64,000 nucleotides of DNA from Takakia lepidozioides (GCA_030704615.1 CM060732.1:32736001-32800000), one strand, 5' to 3'. Positions 13,420 through 26,016 are shown, counted from the stretch's first letter. Notes: a model not told the origin generated them from the letters alone. Made by a program: numbers and translations.

Positions 13420-14900
13420 CAACCACGGGATGCGTCTTCTACCTCTAAGCCTACTGGACTCAAGGTTGCAGTCACGGAGGACAACTGGGAGCCTGATGTT
13501 GGACCTATAGTCACCGGAGGAGAAAGACGACGTATACGGCGGTTCTTGAGGGCTTACATGAACTGTTTTGCCTTCAGTTTGAAGGACTTAGAAACACTGA
13601 AGGGTCAAGAGATTCGCATTGAATTGGCTACTGACACGCCAATCTTTCGGAGACCCTATAGATAAAGTGACATGGAGAGGTCCTTGATTCAGATGAGAAC
13701 TCATGACCTTTGGGAGGCTGGTTTGGTGGAGCTATCTGGGGAAGAGTATGCTTCAGCCACAGTGATGCCAGCCAAGAAGGATGTCTATGGCAATTGGACG
13801 GAGAGACATATGTGCGGTGATTATTGGCCTGTAAATCGTCAGACCAAGTCCGATAGGTATGCCATGCCGACACCAGAGGAGATCTTTGATGCCATTGGGC
13901 ATGCCAAGGTCTTTAGCACTTTGGATTTACGATCTGGATATCACCAGTTGCCGATCAAGGAGGCGGATAAGCAGAAGACGGTTTTCTGGGGGATCAATGA
14001 GCACGGGAAGGATTGCCTATACCAGTGGCGGTTCTTACCATTTTGGCTTAAGAACACTCCGGCAGAGTTTTAGAGAGTCATGGACAGGATTCTAGCAGGG
14101 GTGGAGTTTGCTCGAAGCTACATAGATGACATCATCATCTTTAGTGCTACGGTGGAGGAGCATGAGAGACACCTTCAGGTGATATTTGAGCGCTTGAGGG
14201 CGCACGGATTGAAGTTACATCCGGGGAAGTGCAAGTTTTTCCACAACCAAATTGAGTATCTGGGTCACATGATATATCCTGGAGGATTGGGGGTACAACA
14301 GACTAAGGTAGAGTCCATTGCACAGATTCCACGCCCCACGGATGTGAGCCGAGTTCGAGCTTTCATGGGGTTATCAAACTATTATAGACGGTTTGTTAAG
14401 GGATTTAGTGCCATTGCAAAGGCTCTAACCAAACTGACCAAGGTGGACCAGGAGTGGCAGTGGGAAGATGAGCAAGAACAAGCTTTTCAAGAGCTCAATG
14501 TGAGGTTGACCTCGGCGCCTATCTTGAGACGACCTATCAGGGGGCGTCCTATTCAGCTGCATACAGATTGGAGCATGCTGGGGCTTGGAGCGGTGCTCAC
14601 ACAGGTGGATGATGAGGGAACAAAGTTTGTAGTGGCTTATGCTAGCCGAGTCTAAGTATAGTTCATATGAGGGAGAATGCTTAGCTGCAGTGTGGGCCGT
14701 GGCACACTTCAGGTGCTATTTATACGACAATCTCTTCACCCTTGTCACGGATCACCAACCACTCAAGTGGTTGATGGAGTCAGACAAGCTTACGGGGAAG
14801 CTTGCACGGTGGGCACTCATCCTTCAAGAGTATGACTTTCAGGTTGTGCATCGACCGGGTTTGGTCAATCGGGATGCAGATGGGTTGAGTCGCAATCCAT
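13420..14900 (+). pseudogene. Reverse transcriptase and RNase H of pol
   Basis: TLDLRSGYHQ, YIDD at 14119, KCKF..YLGH; RNase H LHTDWS..GLGAVL, EGECLAAVWAV, TDHQPL, ADGLSR. Confidence 0.95.
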
Positions 14901-15199
14901 GCACGAGCCAGCAGGATGATACTGGAGCTCGGTGGCATGGTGAGACGGACGAGGAGATGGTGCCCGGATGGCATGCATCTGCATTTCTGTGTATCTTGGC
15001 AGCGGAAGGCCAGATTGGACCTACAACAGGGATAACTGTAGACCGAGTGTCTGAGGACCCTGAGGCCAGCAATGAGCAAGGTGGCGCCAAAGATATACAT
15101 GAGGATTCAGCTGTGTTGGACTACCTCCGCACTGGAGACACATCAGCCACTGTGATTGCCAAGGAGAGGGATCGGATCCTACAACAAGCCCAAGAGGTT

Positions 15200-16534
15200 C
15201 AAGTGGGAGGGGACACACCTGCTCCGAATGTGGGAGGATGGTCGAGTGAGGATTGTGCCTCACCCAACACAGCGGGCACAGTTAGTGCGGCATGCCCATG
15301 AGGAGTTGGGGCATTTTGGGATGCGACGCACTCATAGTCTACTGCAGGGGCAGTATTGGTGGCGTGGTATGCACACAGAGGTGCAACAATTTTTGGCTAG
15401 GTGCATGGTGTGTGACAGGGTGTGTGCTTCATTCAACGCCCCTACTCCACAATTGCACCCTCTTCCGATCATGGGATTGGGCTACATGTGGAGTCTTGAC
15501 TTCGCAGGGCCGTTGCCACTGACCATGCGCCACAACAAGTACGTGTTGGTGATGGTGGAGCACTTCTCCAAGTGGATCGAGTTGGTTCCATTGCCTGATA
15601 AGGCTAGTGAGGGAGCTGCGTATGCATTCTTGGATTGTGTACTTAGCCGATTCGGTGCTCCAGCTGAGGTACTCACGGACCAAGGGAGAGAGTTCTTGGG
15701 GGAGTTTCAGGCGTTGTGTGACAAGGCCTTGGTAGACCACCGCACCACTTCTCGGAATCATCCTGAGGCCGATGGCTTGGCAGATAGGGTTGTTCAGACC
15801 GTGAAGAGGGGTTTGCGCAAGTATGGCTTGCAGAAGGGACACCTAGGAGATTGGGACCTTCACTTACCTTGGTTAGCCATGGGCTACAGGTTCAGCAAGC
15901 AAGCATCACTTGCCTCCTTCTCACCATACTTTCTTCTCTTTGGCCGAGAGCCGGATTTGACTGCATCCATTCGTAGAGAAGCTGCTACAGTTCTCAACCT
16001 TGACGATCCGGACATGTGGGCACGTGCATGTGATCAGCGTGCAGAGTTGTTCAAGAAAGTCATGCCCATGGCTTTCGAGAACCTTGCCATTGCACAACAT
16101 CGTGATACGTTGAGGTATGCTACCATATGTGGTGGGGGCTATCGTCCTGGGGTTCAGAGATTTAACCCTGGTGACTATGTTTATCTACAGCAGACTGCTC
16201 CTACAACCTTGGATGTGACTGCAGGACTATTTTGAGGGTTCGAGAGGTGTTGCCCTCAGGAGTCATGATCTTGGAGGGTCGGGATGGCATGATTTGGAAG
16301 GACCATGTGCGTAATTGCGCGCCATATCACCTTCCAAATGTTGATGGAAGGGTTGACCCAAACCTGGAAGTGGTACCTGCAAGTTTGAGATGCATGTTGT
16401 GTGGGTCTGCTAGAGGGGCAGCCATCATGCTGGTGTGTGATCAATGCTCTAGAGGTTGGTATATGGGATGCTTGACTCCACCTCTTGAGATGGTTCTTGA
16501 TGGGGATTGGTTATGTCCGCATTGCATTGGATAG
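15200..16534 (+). pseudogene. DDE integrase with C-terminal PHD finger
   Basis: HHCC zinc finger (HEELGH...CMVC), WSLDFAGP, VLTDQGREF, ADGLADRVVQTVK. PHD-like CMLC...CDQC..GWYMGC...WLCPHC from 16391. Confidence 0.92.
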
Positions 16535-16791
16535 TGGGAGTGGATACAACCATGGAAAGCTAACAAGAAATGCAAGGTCAAGCTACTAGGAGACCAATAC
16601 ACGAGATCCTGACTCAAGTTCACAGATTGCAAGACGGCGACTAACGATGGGGTTGCTCTTGTACCCGGCCTCTTGGTCTATAGAGTTTGAGTACAATAGG
16701 GACAATGATAGAGGACTTAGTACGGCTGTGGCTATTACATCTTGTAGCTATTTGGAGTTAGAGGGACCTAACCACCAGCTAGGGGGCCGAT

Positions 16792-17333
16792 TGTGGTATA
16801 GCTTTCTAGGATTGTGTGCCTAGATTGTGTGGTGGACAGCGATGTATGTTGTGGCACGATGCTTAGGTGCACGACAGCTGTCATGGTTTTAGTCATGGTT
16901 AACTAGAATTACCTACTTCTAGTTAACTAGGACATTTTGGATATTTATATTTGTATTTTGTGTGTTGGGACTTCATTTGGTCTCACATGCCAAGTGAGGT
17001 GACAAACCTCACTTGAGACATGGGGATGGGTTTTCCCCTTGTGAGTGTTGAGGAGTGCTCATCTTCTTGTAGTTGAGCCTCCATGAGCCTCTCCCACCTC
17101 CATAGCTCTAGGTATTGAGAGGGAGTGTGGTGATGGCTTTGTAGGGTGGAATCCTTTAGCAAAGGTGCCCTTGGCTTGACTTAGTTTATGTGATTGAGTG
17201 GATTCATGAGTAGAGTGTTTCCATTGTGTGTTCACTTCCATTATCATTTGTGGTATAACTTTCTAGGATTGTGTGCTTAGATTGTGTGGTGGACAACGAT
17301 GTATGTTGTGGCACGATGCTTAGGTGCACGACA
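16792..17333 (+). repeat. B1-GC-A2-TT-B2 terminal repeat block (one complete 455-bp LTR plus a second copy of its first 85 bp)
   Basis: B1 (16792-16876) and B2 (17249-17333) are near-identical 85-mers. B1 follows the purine run AGGGGG at 16781. The B1/A2 junction is the palindrome GACA-GC-TGTC. Confidence 0.93.
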
Positions 17334-19329
17334 CATCTTAAGCGAATCTACATCCACCAACTTCTTTGTTTTATTTTTCCTGAAATGCGGGATCAATGTC
17401 ATGGTGTGACAACCCCACAATATTTCTGAATATCATGCAAGAAGTGGTTGTCTTGGGTCCAAAGCTTTCACCCGAGCGTGAAGTGCAACATCCAACCGGG
17501 GATGTAAAGCAACATGGCCAGAAAAGTGTGGGACTTCTAAACTAGCAAAGAAGAAAGGAAGCTGAAAAAGTGTGATCTTTTTACACTCCTCCCCAACTAA
17601 AAGAGAGATAAAAGACTCCGGCCGAAACCGGCGTAACTAAGAGTCACTTCGCCTTGCGGCTACTGCCCCTTTCGGGGGTGGGCCCTATAAAAAGAAATGT
17701 GTAATGTGGGACACAAAGTGACCGGAGAAAACATAGGAGTCTATAGTACCCCTTAGTACCCAGGGGTACATTAGGGGGACCTAGGGTGCGTTTGAAGTGT
17801 CGGATTACAGTTGGCGTTTGATAATAGCTATGAGTTTTATTAATATTGTATATTTTAGCATGGTAAGGGAAATTATGGTAGGAATGGACGGGATTTTTGT
17901 CAAATGATACCTCCCTCAGATAACATCTCTCTTGAAAAAATTATGAAAAATAAATGGATGGATTTCCAAGTTTATTATGGATGAAATAGATTTCACTATT
18001 CACAAAGACGAGCCATAGGGGACTAGCCGCTTGTTATTGTTGGCTTTAGAATAAAGATTAGGGGATTAATTATTATTTTTAGATTAATCATTAGTGTCAA
18101 AAATCTTTAAGTGAATGATTTTTCAAGTTTATTTTGGATAAAAGTAGATTCCACTATTCAGCTTGAGCTGGCATACGCAATTGGCCACTTGTTATCACTA
18201 TGATCTATAGATTAAGCAAGGTAGTTTGTTTTGTTTTGTTTTATACTACTTTGTCGTTGAGATCCCCCAAACTGCAAGGCCCCGGGGTCTTAGTACAGCT
18301 GGAAAACCGTCGATGAATAGATGCATAGAGGTGGTTTCATTATTTTTGGACTACAGTGTAGGAGATATTGAATTTCAAGTTTTTTTGTCACTGGGAATTG
18401 ATCATGAAAAGCAGCAAATTGGGTTTTTTTTTAAATGATATTGGCGAAAAAAAATATTGGCGTTACAATATTATTTACCCCTAGTGGACGAAGTGACTTG
18501 AGTCGGGTCGCGTCAAAATCATCCACAATGTAGAATCAGTGGATGAACTTGGATGAAGATCCTTTATGAATGAAAGTTGTAGCGTGTGAAGTAATGCGCA
18601 TACCTAAATTTATGGCACCCTAAAAGGATAAAAATATTGCGATCCAGATTCTTTGAAGGTACCCAGAATCCTGCAATTTAGGGCCCTACGCCACCATTGA
18701 CCTGGCCACATGGCAAGTCGAATGGGGCGTGATGCCAAAATGTCAGCAATACGGTGCACGTAGGTAGGGTGTGAGCATACGGACACACAGTGAAGGGTGG
18801 TGGCAAGTGGCGGGATGGACGAGTTGTCTTCCCGGGCAATAGGAAGCACATACATGGGAACATAAAAATCAGATGTGGAGTATTCTGCCGCTTTTCTTAG
18901 GCGGAATCTGCCACCTAGGGTGTACTGCCCGGGTAGATCACTCCTTGTAAACTTTTGATGAAAATTTTGAGGAATCGTACATTCACGATTGTTTTTCGGT
19001 ATTGTTGCACTTCAATAACTTGTTTAGATGACAACTGCGTGGGAAAAATAATGATCTTATTTATATTTTATATTTTACCATGGTAGGGGAAGTTATTGTA
19101 GGAGGAACGGGATTTTTCTTCTCTTTTCTTAAAACGGGAATAGAAGCACCATTTTTATTGAAGGGAAGCAAGAAAAAAATAACCTTGCATAGGAGCCATG
19201 AAGACAAACAAAAGAGACAAGGCTCTATCTGACCAAGGAGGGAAAAAACATACAAACAAACAAACAAATTGATCTGAACGAAAAGAGAGACCTAAAGAGA
19301 AATGGAATTAGACAGGAACTAGAAGTTTC

Positions 19330-19747
19330 TTTTTGGTTGTTCAAAGGAGAGATGTGACTTTTCTTTTCTAAAGAACGAGATCCTTAACCCCTTTCTTATA
19401 GATGAGAGTGATCACACGTCCATCTGAGAGGGCATAATCCATTTATCCAGAGTGTCATTGCCCATGGTGAGAAAGTCGACTCCTGCCACTGGACAAAGGG
19501 CCTTGAAAAACTTGATTGGTAAACCATCAATACCAGAGCTAGGAGGAATGAAAACTTCTCTAAACCATAAAGAAGCTCCATAGTAATAAAGGGGGTGGAG
19601 AAAAAGTGTTGTTCAAGAGGAGAGATGACATAATGGAAGCAATCCAAGACTTGGTTTCGAATCTCGTCGATCCGATGGGACAACTCACGTTTGTTGAAGA
19701 GATTACGGAAGTACAAGGCTGCCAGCTGTGCCATCTCTTTAGGCTTA
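19330..19747 (-). mobile_element. LINE (L1-like) ORF2 fragment, degenerate, truncated at the CACTA end
   Basis: AALYFRNLF...PFITMEL...SGIDGLPIKFFK resembles the PGxDG region upstream of the L1 RT domain. Confidence 0.6.
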
Positions 19748-20050
19748 CACTACAGGAAAAGGGGAAGTTTTCCACGTCGCGGCCACGCCGCGGCGTCGTA
19801 AAATAGCCATTTTCGGGCAGGGGAAAAAACCAGATTTGCGACGCCCGGGCGTCAAGACCGTCGCCAAAAAAACGTCGCAAATTTGCGACCAATGGGGGTC
19901 GCAAATATGCGAAACCGCGATCTGCGACGCCCAGGCGTCGAAAAAAAAAAAACTACTCTGCAATGTAGAATTAGCACCTTCCGGAGGTCGCAAAATGCGA
20001 CACCCGGACGTCACAATTTAAGGAATTTAGGCGGGAAAATTTAAATTTCA
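19748..20050 (+). mobile_element. CACTA (En/Spm) transposon terminus with subterminal repeats
   Basis: Begins CACTACAGGAAAA, followed by direct and inverted TTTGCGAC/GTCGCAAA repeats. No partner end found. Confidence 0.8.
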
Positions 20051-20409
20051 AATACTTGTTGACCATTGACTCCGTCGTTGACCATTGACTCCGGTTCTAT
20101 CTAATGGCGATATGTTTATTGTTCTACATATATCATGCAACGTATATTTGAACCTAAGACCTCCACGTTATAACATTTCTAAGACACTACAAACTAACCA
20201 ATACACCTACGCTATATCTATGTATCACAAAAGCAATCTAAATATATATATATATATATACATATAAAGATTTCCTTCAAGTTCCTTCAAGTTCCTTCAA
20301 GTTCCTTCTAAGGAGGTCTCTTTTGTGACGTCGGGGAGTTGCAACCTCCACAGCCTTAGTGCCCAACCCCAGCCCCAGCCCCAGCATCGTCGCCGTTGTT
20401 GTACTGTGT

Positions 20410-22750
20410 CGAACACTCCCTTTGCATCCTAGATACACCCATATTTTGCAAACATGTTCACCAGGGTTTTGTTCAGAATGACATCTGATACAATTCCAAC
20501 TCTGAAGATGTCACCATGGACCTCTTTCCCCTTTTCCAAAGCTGCCAGGGCAGTGTTCAGATTGACATTTGGCACAATTCCAGCTTTGATGGTATCCCCA
20601 TGCACCTCTTGCCCTTCTCCAGGCCGGCTGCCAGGCTTGCACAAGCATTGCAAATGCACACAAACATGATGTGCTTCCCCCATCATTTGCTCATAGCTCT
20701 CCAAAGCCTCCATCCCACGTCCCTGCCGTGCATACCCTGCAAGCATCGCACTCCACAACACCACATCTCCTTCAGCCATAGTGTCGAACACTCCCTTTGC
20801 ATCCTAGATACACCCACATTTTGCAAACATGTTCACCAGGGTATTGTTCAGAATGACATCTGGTACAATTCCAGCTCTGAAGATGTCACCATGGACCTCT
20901 TTCCCCTTTTCCAAAGCTGCTAGGGCAGTGTTCAAATTGACATTTGGCACAATTCCAGCTTTGATGATATCCCCATGCACCTCTTGCCCTTCTCTAGGGC
21001 TGCCAGGCTTGCACAAGCATTGCAAATGCACACAAACATGATGTGCTTCCCCCATCCTTTGCTCATAGGTCTCCAAAGCATCCATCCCACGTCCCTGCCA
21101 TGCATACCTTGCAAGCATCGCACTCCACGACACCACATCTCGTTCAGCCATAGTGTCGAACACTCCCTTTGCATCCTAAATCCTAGATCCCTTTGCACCC
21201 ACATTTTGCAAACATGTCCACTAGGGTATGGTTCATAATGACATTTGGTACAATTCCAGCTCTGAAGATGTGGCCATTGACCTCTTTCCCCTTTTCTAGA
21301 GGTGCCAGGGCAGTGTTCATAATGGCATTTGGTACAATTCCAGCTTTGATGATACCCCATGCACCTCTTTGCCCTCGTCCAGGCTTGATGCACCCACATT
21401 TCGCATACATGTCCACCAGGGTATGGTTCAGACTGACATTTGGTACAATTCCAGCTCTGAAGGTGTCGCCATGGACCTCTTTCCTCTTTTCCAGAGCTGC
21501 CAGGGCAGTGTTTAGAATGACATTTGGTACAATTCCAGCTTTGATGATATCCCCATGCACCTCTTTACCCTTGTCCAGGGCTGCCAGGCTTGCACAAGCA
21601 TTGCAAATGCACACAAAGTGCCCGGGCTTCACCCCCTCCCCCATCATTGGATCATAGGTCTCCAAAGCCTCCATCCCACGTCCATGTTGTGCATACCCTG
21701 CAAGCATCGCACTCCACAACACCACATCTCGTTCAGCCATAGTGTCAAAAACTCCCTTTGCATACTCATGCATCCACATTTGGCATACATATCCAGGTCA
21801 GGGCAGTGTTCAGAATGAAATCCGGTGCAATTCCAGCTTTGACCGATGTCACCATGGACCTCGTTCCCCTTTTCCAGGCTTGCACACGCATTGCAAACAC
21901 ATACAAACGCGATGTGGTTGGGCTCCACCCCTTCGTGCATCATTTGCTCACAGGTCTCCAAAGCATTCGTACCACGCCCATGCTTGGTAATCCTGCCAAC
22001 ATTATATTCCACGTGATCAAAGATCGTTGAGGCATTCTGTGTTGAACACTTGGTGATCATCCATGATGCTCCCCTTAACATACATGTTGACAAGGTTGTT
22101 GAGTAGAAAAACGCTCGGCGTGAATCCACTTTGGACAATGTGAGTGTGCACGTGCTTTCCAACTTCTAGGCCTTTCATCTTGATGCACTTATGCAAGAGA
22201 CACACATACGTATCTACATCTGCTGAAATGCCTCTTTGGTTTAAAGTTTGTAGAGCCTCTTTCAGTCTGCCTGCCTCATAAAGCATCTTTACATGCCCAT
22301 AAGTGCCAGAAGAGGCATTGTGGACTCCCTCACTTGATCCTCTTCCAGAAGTTTGTGGTCATGGTTGAGGTGCCTGATTTTATCAACTGTGCCACTACAG
22401 CTGCCGCTTCCAGCTAACCATCACCCCTGGAGGTTTCTTGTAGCTATCCTTCAGAGGGATCCATAGGTAATCTGGAGCTTGAATTCCGACCCTCTTGGAT
22501 GAATATGGACCCACACTCTATCTTGCTCATTCAGCTATCATTGCCTCCGTACAATCATGCATACATCCTTGCCTTGCTGCCAATGCGATCATCGCACTCC
22601 ACGACACCACATCTCGTTGAGCCACAGTCGAACACTACCTTCGCATCTTCAATGCGACCGCATTCGGCATACATGTCCACCAGGGCGGTGTTCAGAACGA
22701 CAAACCCTACAATTCCAGCTTTCACGATGTCACCATGGACCTTCCATGTC
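20410..22750 (-). pseudogene. PLS-class PPR pseudogene array with internal tandem duplications
   Basis: EAGRLKEAL...TYVCLLHKC, NTLVNMFAKCG, RDVVSWSAMLAGYA and GKEVHGDIIKAGI motifs. A ~375-bp near-duplication (20410 and 20785). Many frameshifts and stops. Confidence 0.9.
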
Positions 22751-23125
22751 ACTTCTAGGTGGAGGCAGTACATATTAAAAATATATATTCCCCAAGGCCA
22801 CATTTTCTTTACCTGTTTTTGTGAAACACAATTCACTTTAATGAATAAATATCTTTATTCCATTAATCAAATTATGAATGAAAAATTTCTAGTCGCATGT
22901 GCAGTAATTAGAACCACTTGTAATTTTCACTTTTTCAAATTTTATGTATTTACGCAATTAATTAAATAGCCTGATTTTTTGCTACGACTCCGGAGTCGTT
23001 GACCCCACTTCTGCCTGCCGTCTGAAATACCCCCGTGGGCCCACCTTGTCCGTTTCGACTCTCCAGTAGTCCCGCTTACTGCCAAGTGGTTCCCGGAGTA
23101 ACGTTGCTTGGGGCACCTGGCGGTG

Positions 23126-25990
23126 ATGAACGAGATGTGGTGTCGTGGAGTGCGATGCTTGCATGGTATGCACAGCAGGGACGTGGGATGGAGGCTTTGG
23201 AGAGCTATGAGCAAATGATGGGGGAAGCTCATCATGTTTGTGTGCATTTGCAATGTGCGTGCAAGCCTGGCAGCCCTGGAGAAGGGCAAGAGGTGCATGG
23301 GGATATCATCAAAGCTGGAATTGTGCCAAATGTCAATCTGAACACTGCCCTGGCAACTTTGGAAATGGGGAAGATGTGCATGGCGACATCTTCAGAGCTG
23401 GAATTGTACCAGATGACATTCTGAACAATAGCCTGGTGAACATGTTTGCAAAATGCGGGTGCATCTAGGATTCAAAGGGAGTGTTCGACACTATGGCTGA
23501 ACGACACGTGGTGTCGTGGAGTGCGATATGATGTGCTTGCAGGGTATGCACATCAGGGATGTGGAATGGAGGCTTTGGAGACCTATGAGCAATGGAAGCA
23601 CATCATGTTTGTGTGCATTTGCAATGCTTGTGCAAGCCTAGCAGCCGGCTTGGAGAAGGGCAAAGAGGTGCATGGGGATATCATCAAAGCTGGAATTGTA
23701 CCAAATGTCAATCTCAACACTGCCCTGGCAACTTTGGAAAAGGGGAAAGAGGTCCACATGGCGACATCTTCAGAGCTAGAATTGTACCAAGGTGAATGCC
23801 TGTCAGATTACCAGATGCAAAGAGGTGCATTGTTGCATCGCCAAAGGCAGCAGCTGCAGCGGCACAGTTGATAAAGTCAGGCACCTCAACCATGACCACA
23901 ACTTCTGGAAGAGGATCAAGAGAGGGAGTCCACAATGCCTCTTCTGGCACTTATGGGCATGTGAAGATGCTTTGGCAGGCAGACTGAAAGAGGCTCTACT
24001 GACTTTAAACCAAGGAGGCATTTCAGCAGATTCAGATTCGTATGTTTGTCTCTTGCATAAGTGCATCAAGATGAAAGGCCAAGTGAAGCTAGAAAGCAAG
24101 TGCACACTCACATTATCCAAAGTGCACGCCAAATATTTTTCTACTCAACACCCTTGTCAACATGTATGTTATGTGCGGGAGCATCATAGATGCTCACCAA
24201 GTGTTCAACATAATGCCTCAACGATGTTTCATCACGTGGAATACGATGCTTGCAGGGGCGTGGCATGGAGGCCTTGGAGAATGTGGTGAGGGCACCTTCT
24301 TCTTCGACCTATTTTCAGCCTGTTTTTCCCTCTCATCAGACTCGGCCCTGAATTTACATATTGAATCGTCGAGGACAATGTGGTGAGGGCACCTTCTTCT
24401 TCGACCTATTTTAGCTTGTTTTGCCCTCTCATCAGACTCGGCCCTAAGATGTATATTGAATTCTGTAAGTTTTGGGTGGATCTGTGGTGGTTTGGAATGA
24501 CTATGACAAGTAACTGCCGATGTGGCAGTAGAAAAGTATCCAAAACAGATAACAGAGATGAGGAGAAGGTGTGGAATGAATACTTTGTTGACCCCAGTGA
24601 ATGGTGGAACAATCGAGGCAAAAAGTTGAATGCCCATTAGATGACAGAGAGTAGCAGACGTAATTCAGCATAGGAACTAGTGTGATTGGGTGTTTCCTAG
24701 GTTGTCACTGTCAGCTGCTAGCAGCAAGGGCAAGGATGAATGCATGATTTGTGCAGAGGCATGGATAGCTGAAGGAGAAGGGATAGAGTGTGGGTCCAGA
24801 TTCATCCAAGAGGGCTGGACTTCAAGCTCCAGATTACCTGTGATTCCATGTGGATCAATAGCTACAAGAAACCTAAATGGGTAGATGGTCAACTAAAGGC
24901 AATAGCTGCAGCGGCACAATTGATAAAATCAGGCACGTCCTTAACCATGACCGCAGCTTCTGAAAGAGGATCAAGAGAGGGAGTCCACAATGCCTTTTCT
25001 GCGGGGCATGTGAAGATGTTTTGTGAGGCAGGCAGATTGACAAAGGCTCTAGGTCTGGAAGCTGGAATCAGGTGCACACTCACATTATCCAAAGTGGATT
25101 CATGCCAAATGTTTTTTCTACTCAACACCCTTGTCAACATGTATGTTAAGTGCAGGAGCATCATGGATGCTTGCCAAGATTTCTATAGAATGCCTCAGCG
25201 ATCTTTGATCATGTGGAATATAATGTTGGCAGGATTTACCAAACATGGGTGTGGTAGGAATGCTTTGGCGACCTATGAGCAAATGTTGCGCAAAGGGGGT
25301 GCCCAACCACATCACGCTTCCGCATGTTTGCAATGCGTGTGCAAGCCTGGGACCTCTGGAAAAGAGGAAAGAGGTCCATGGTGACATCATCAAAGCTGGA
25401 ATTGTACCAGATGTCATCCTGAACACTCCCCTGGTGGACGTCTATGCCAAATGTGGGTGCATTAAGGATGCGAAGGGAGTTTTCAACACTATGGCTGAAC
25501 CAAATGTGGTGTCATGGAACGCGATGCATGCAGGGTATGCATAGCAGGGACATGGTATGCAGGCTTTGGAGACCTATGATCAAATGATGGGGGAAGGGGC
25601 CGCACCTTCTTCAATAGCACAACGGCTACAAGTGGGTAGATGGTCAACTGGAAACAGCAATGGCAGCAGCACAATTGATAGAACAAGGCCCACTGCTAAT
25701 GAAGGTACCTTCTTCAACATATTTCACCTTGTTTCCCCCTGCTATCAGAGTCGTTCCTAAATTTTCATGTTGAATTCTACAAGTTAGCTCGTTGGTGGAT
25801 CTAAGGTGGTGTTGGAGTGATTTTGACATGTTACTGCCAATGTGGTCGACAGGAAAGTATCGAAAAACAGATAATAGAGATGTGGAGAAGCTCTGGAATG
25901 AATACGGTTCCGACCCCAGTCAATGGTGGAACAATCCAGACAAAAAGGTGAATGCCTGTTGGAAGCAGACGCAAGTCAGCATTAGGAACT
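23126..25990 (+). pseudogene. PLS-class PPR pseudogene fragments, inverted relative to the previous array, with OSB-type PDF-motif exons
   Basis: Same PPR motifs. Also WNEYFVDPSEWWNNRGKK (24571-24625), IHPRGLDFK...WI...PKWVDGQL (from 24800) and WNEYGSDPSQWWNNPDKK (25894-25947). Confidence 0.88.
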
Positions 25991-26016
25991 AGTGTGATAA
26001 GTAGGGTTGAGGTGTT

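Larger units (their letters stand above)
6373..17333 (+). mobile_element. Ty3/Gypsy-like retrotransposon with split direct repeats, DNMT3-like domain and PHD finger (inactivated copy)
   Basis: Ends TGTCATG...CACGACA with a 4-bp TSD CATC (6369-6372, 17334-17337). Domain order gag-PR-DNMT-RT-RH-INT-PHD. Repeats A1 6373-6740, B1 16792-16876, A2 16879-17246, B2 17249-17333. Many stops and frameshifts. Confidence 0.93.

Noticed and set aside
6373-17333. DIRS/Ngaro tyrosine-recombinase element
   Set aside because: It encodes an HHCC-DDE integrase and has a TSD; no tyrosine recombinase motifs seen.
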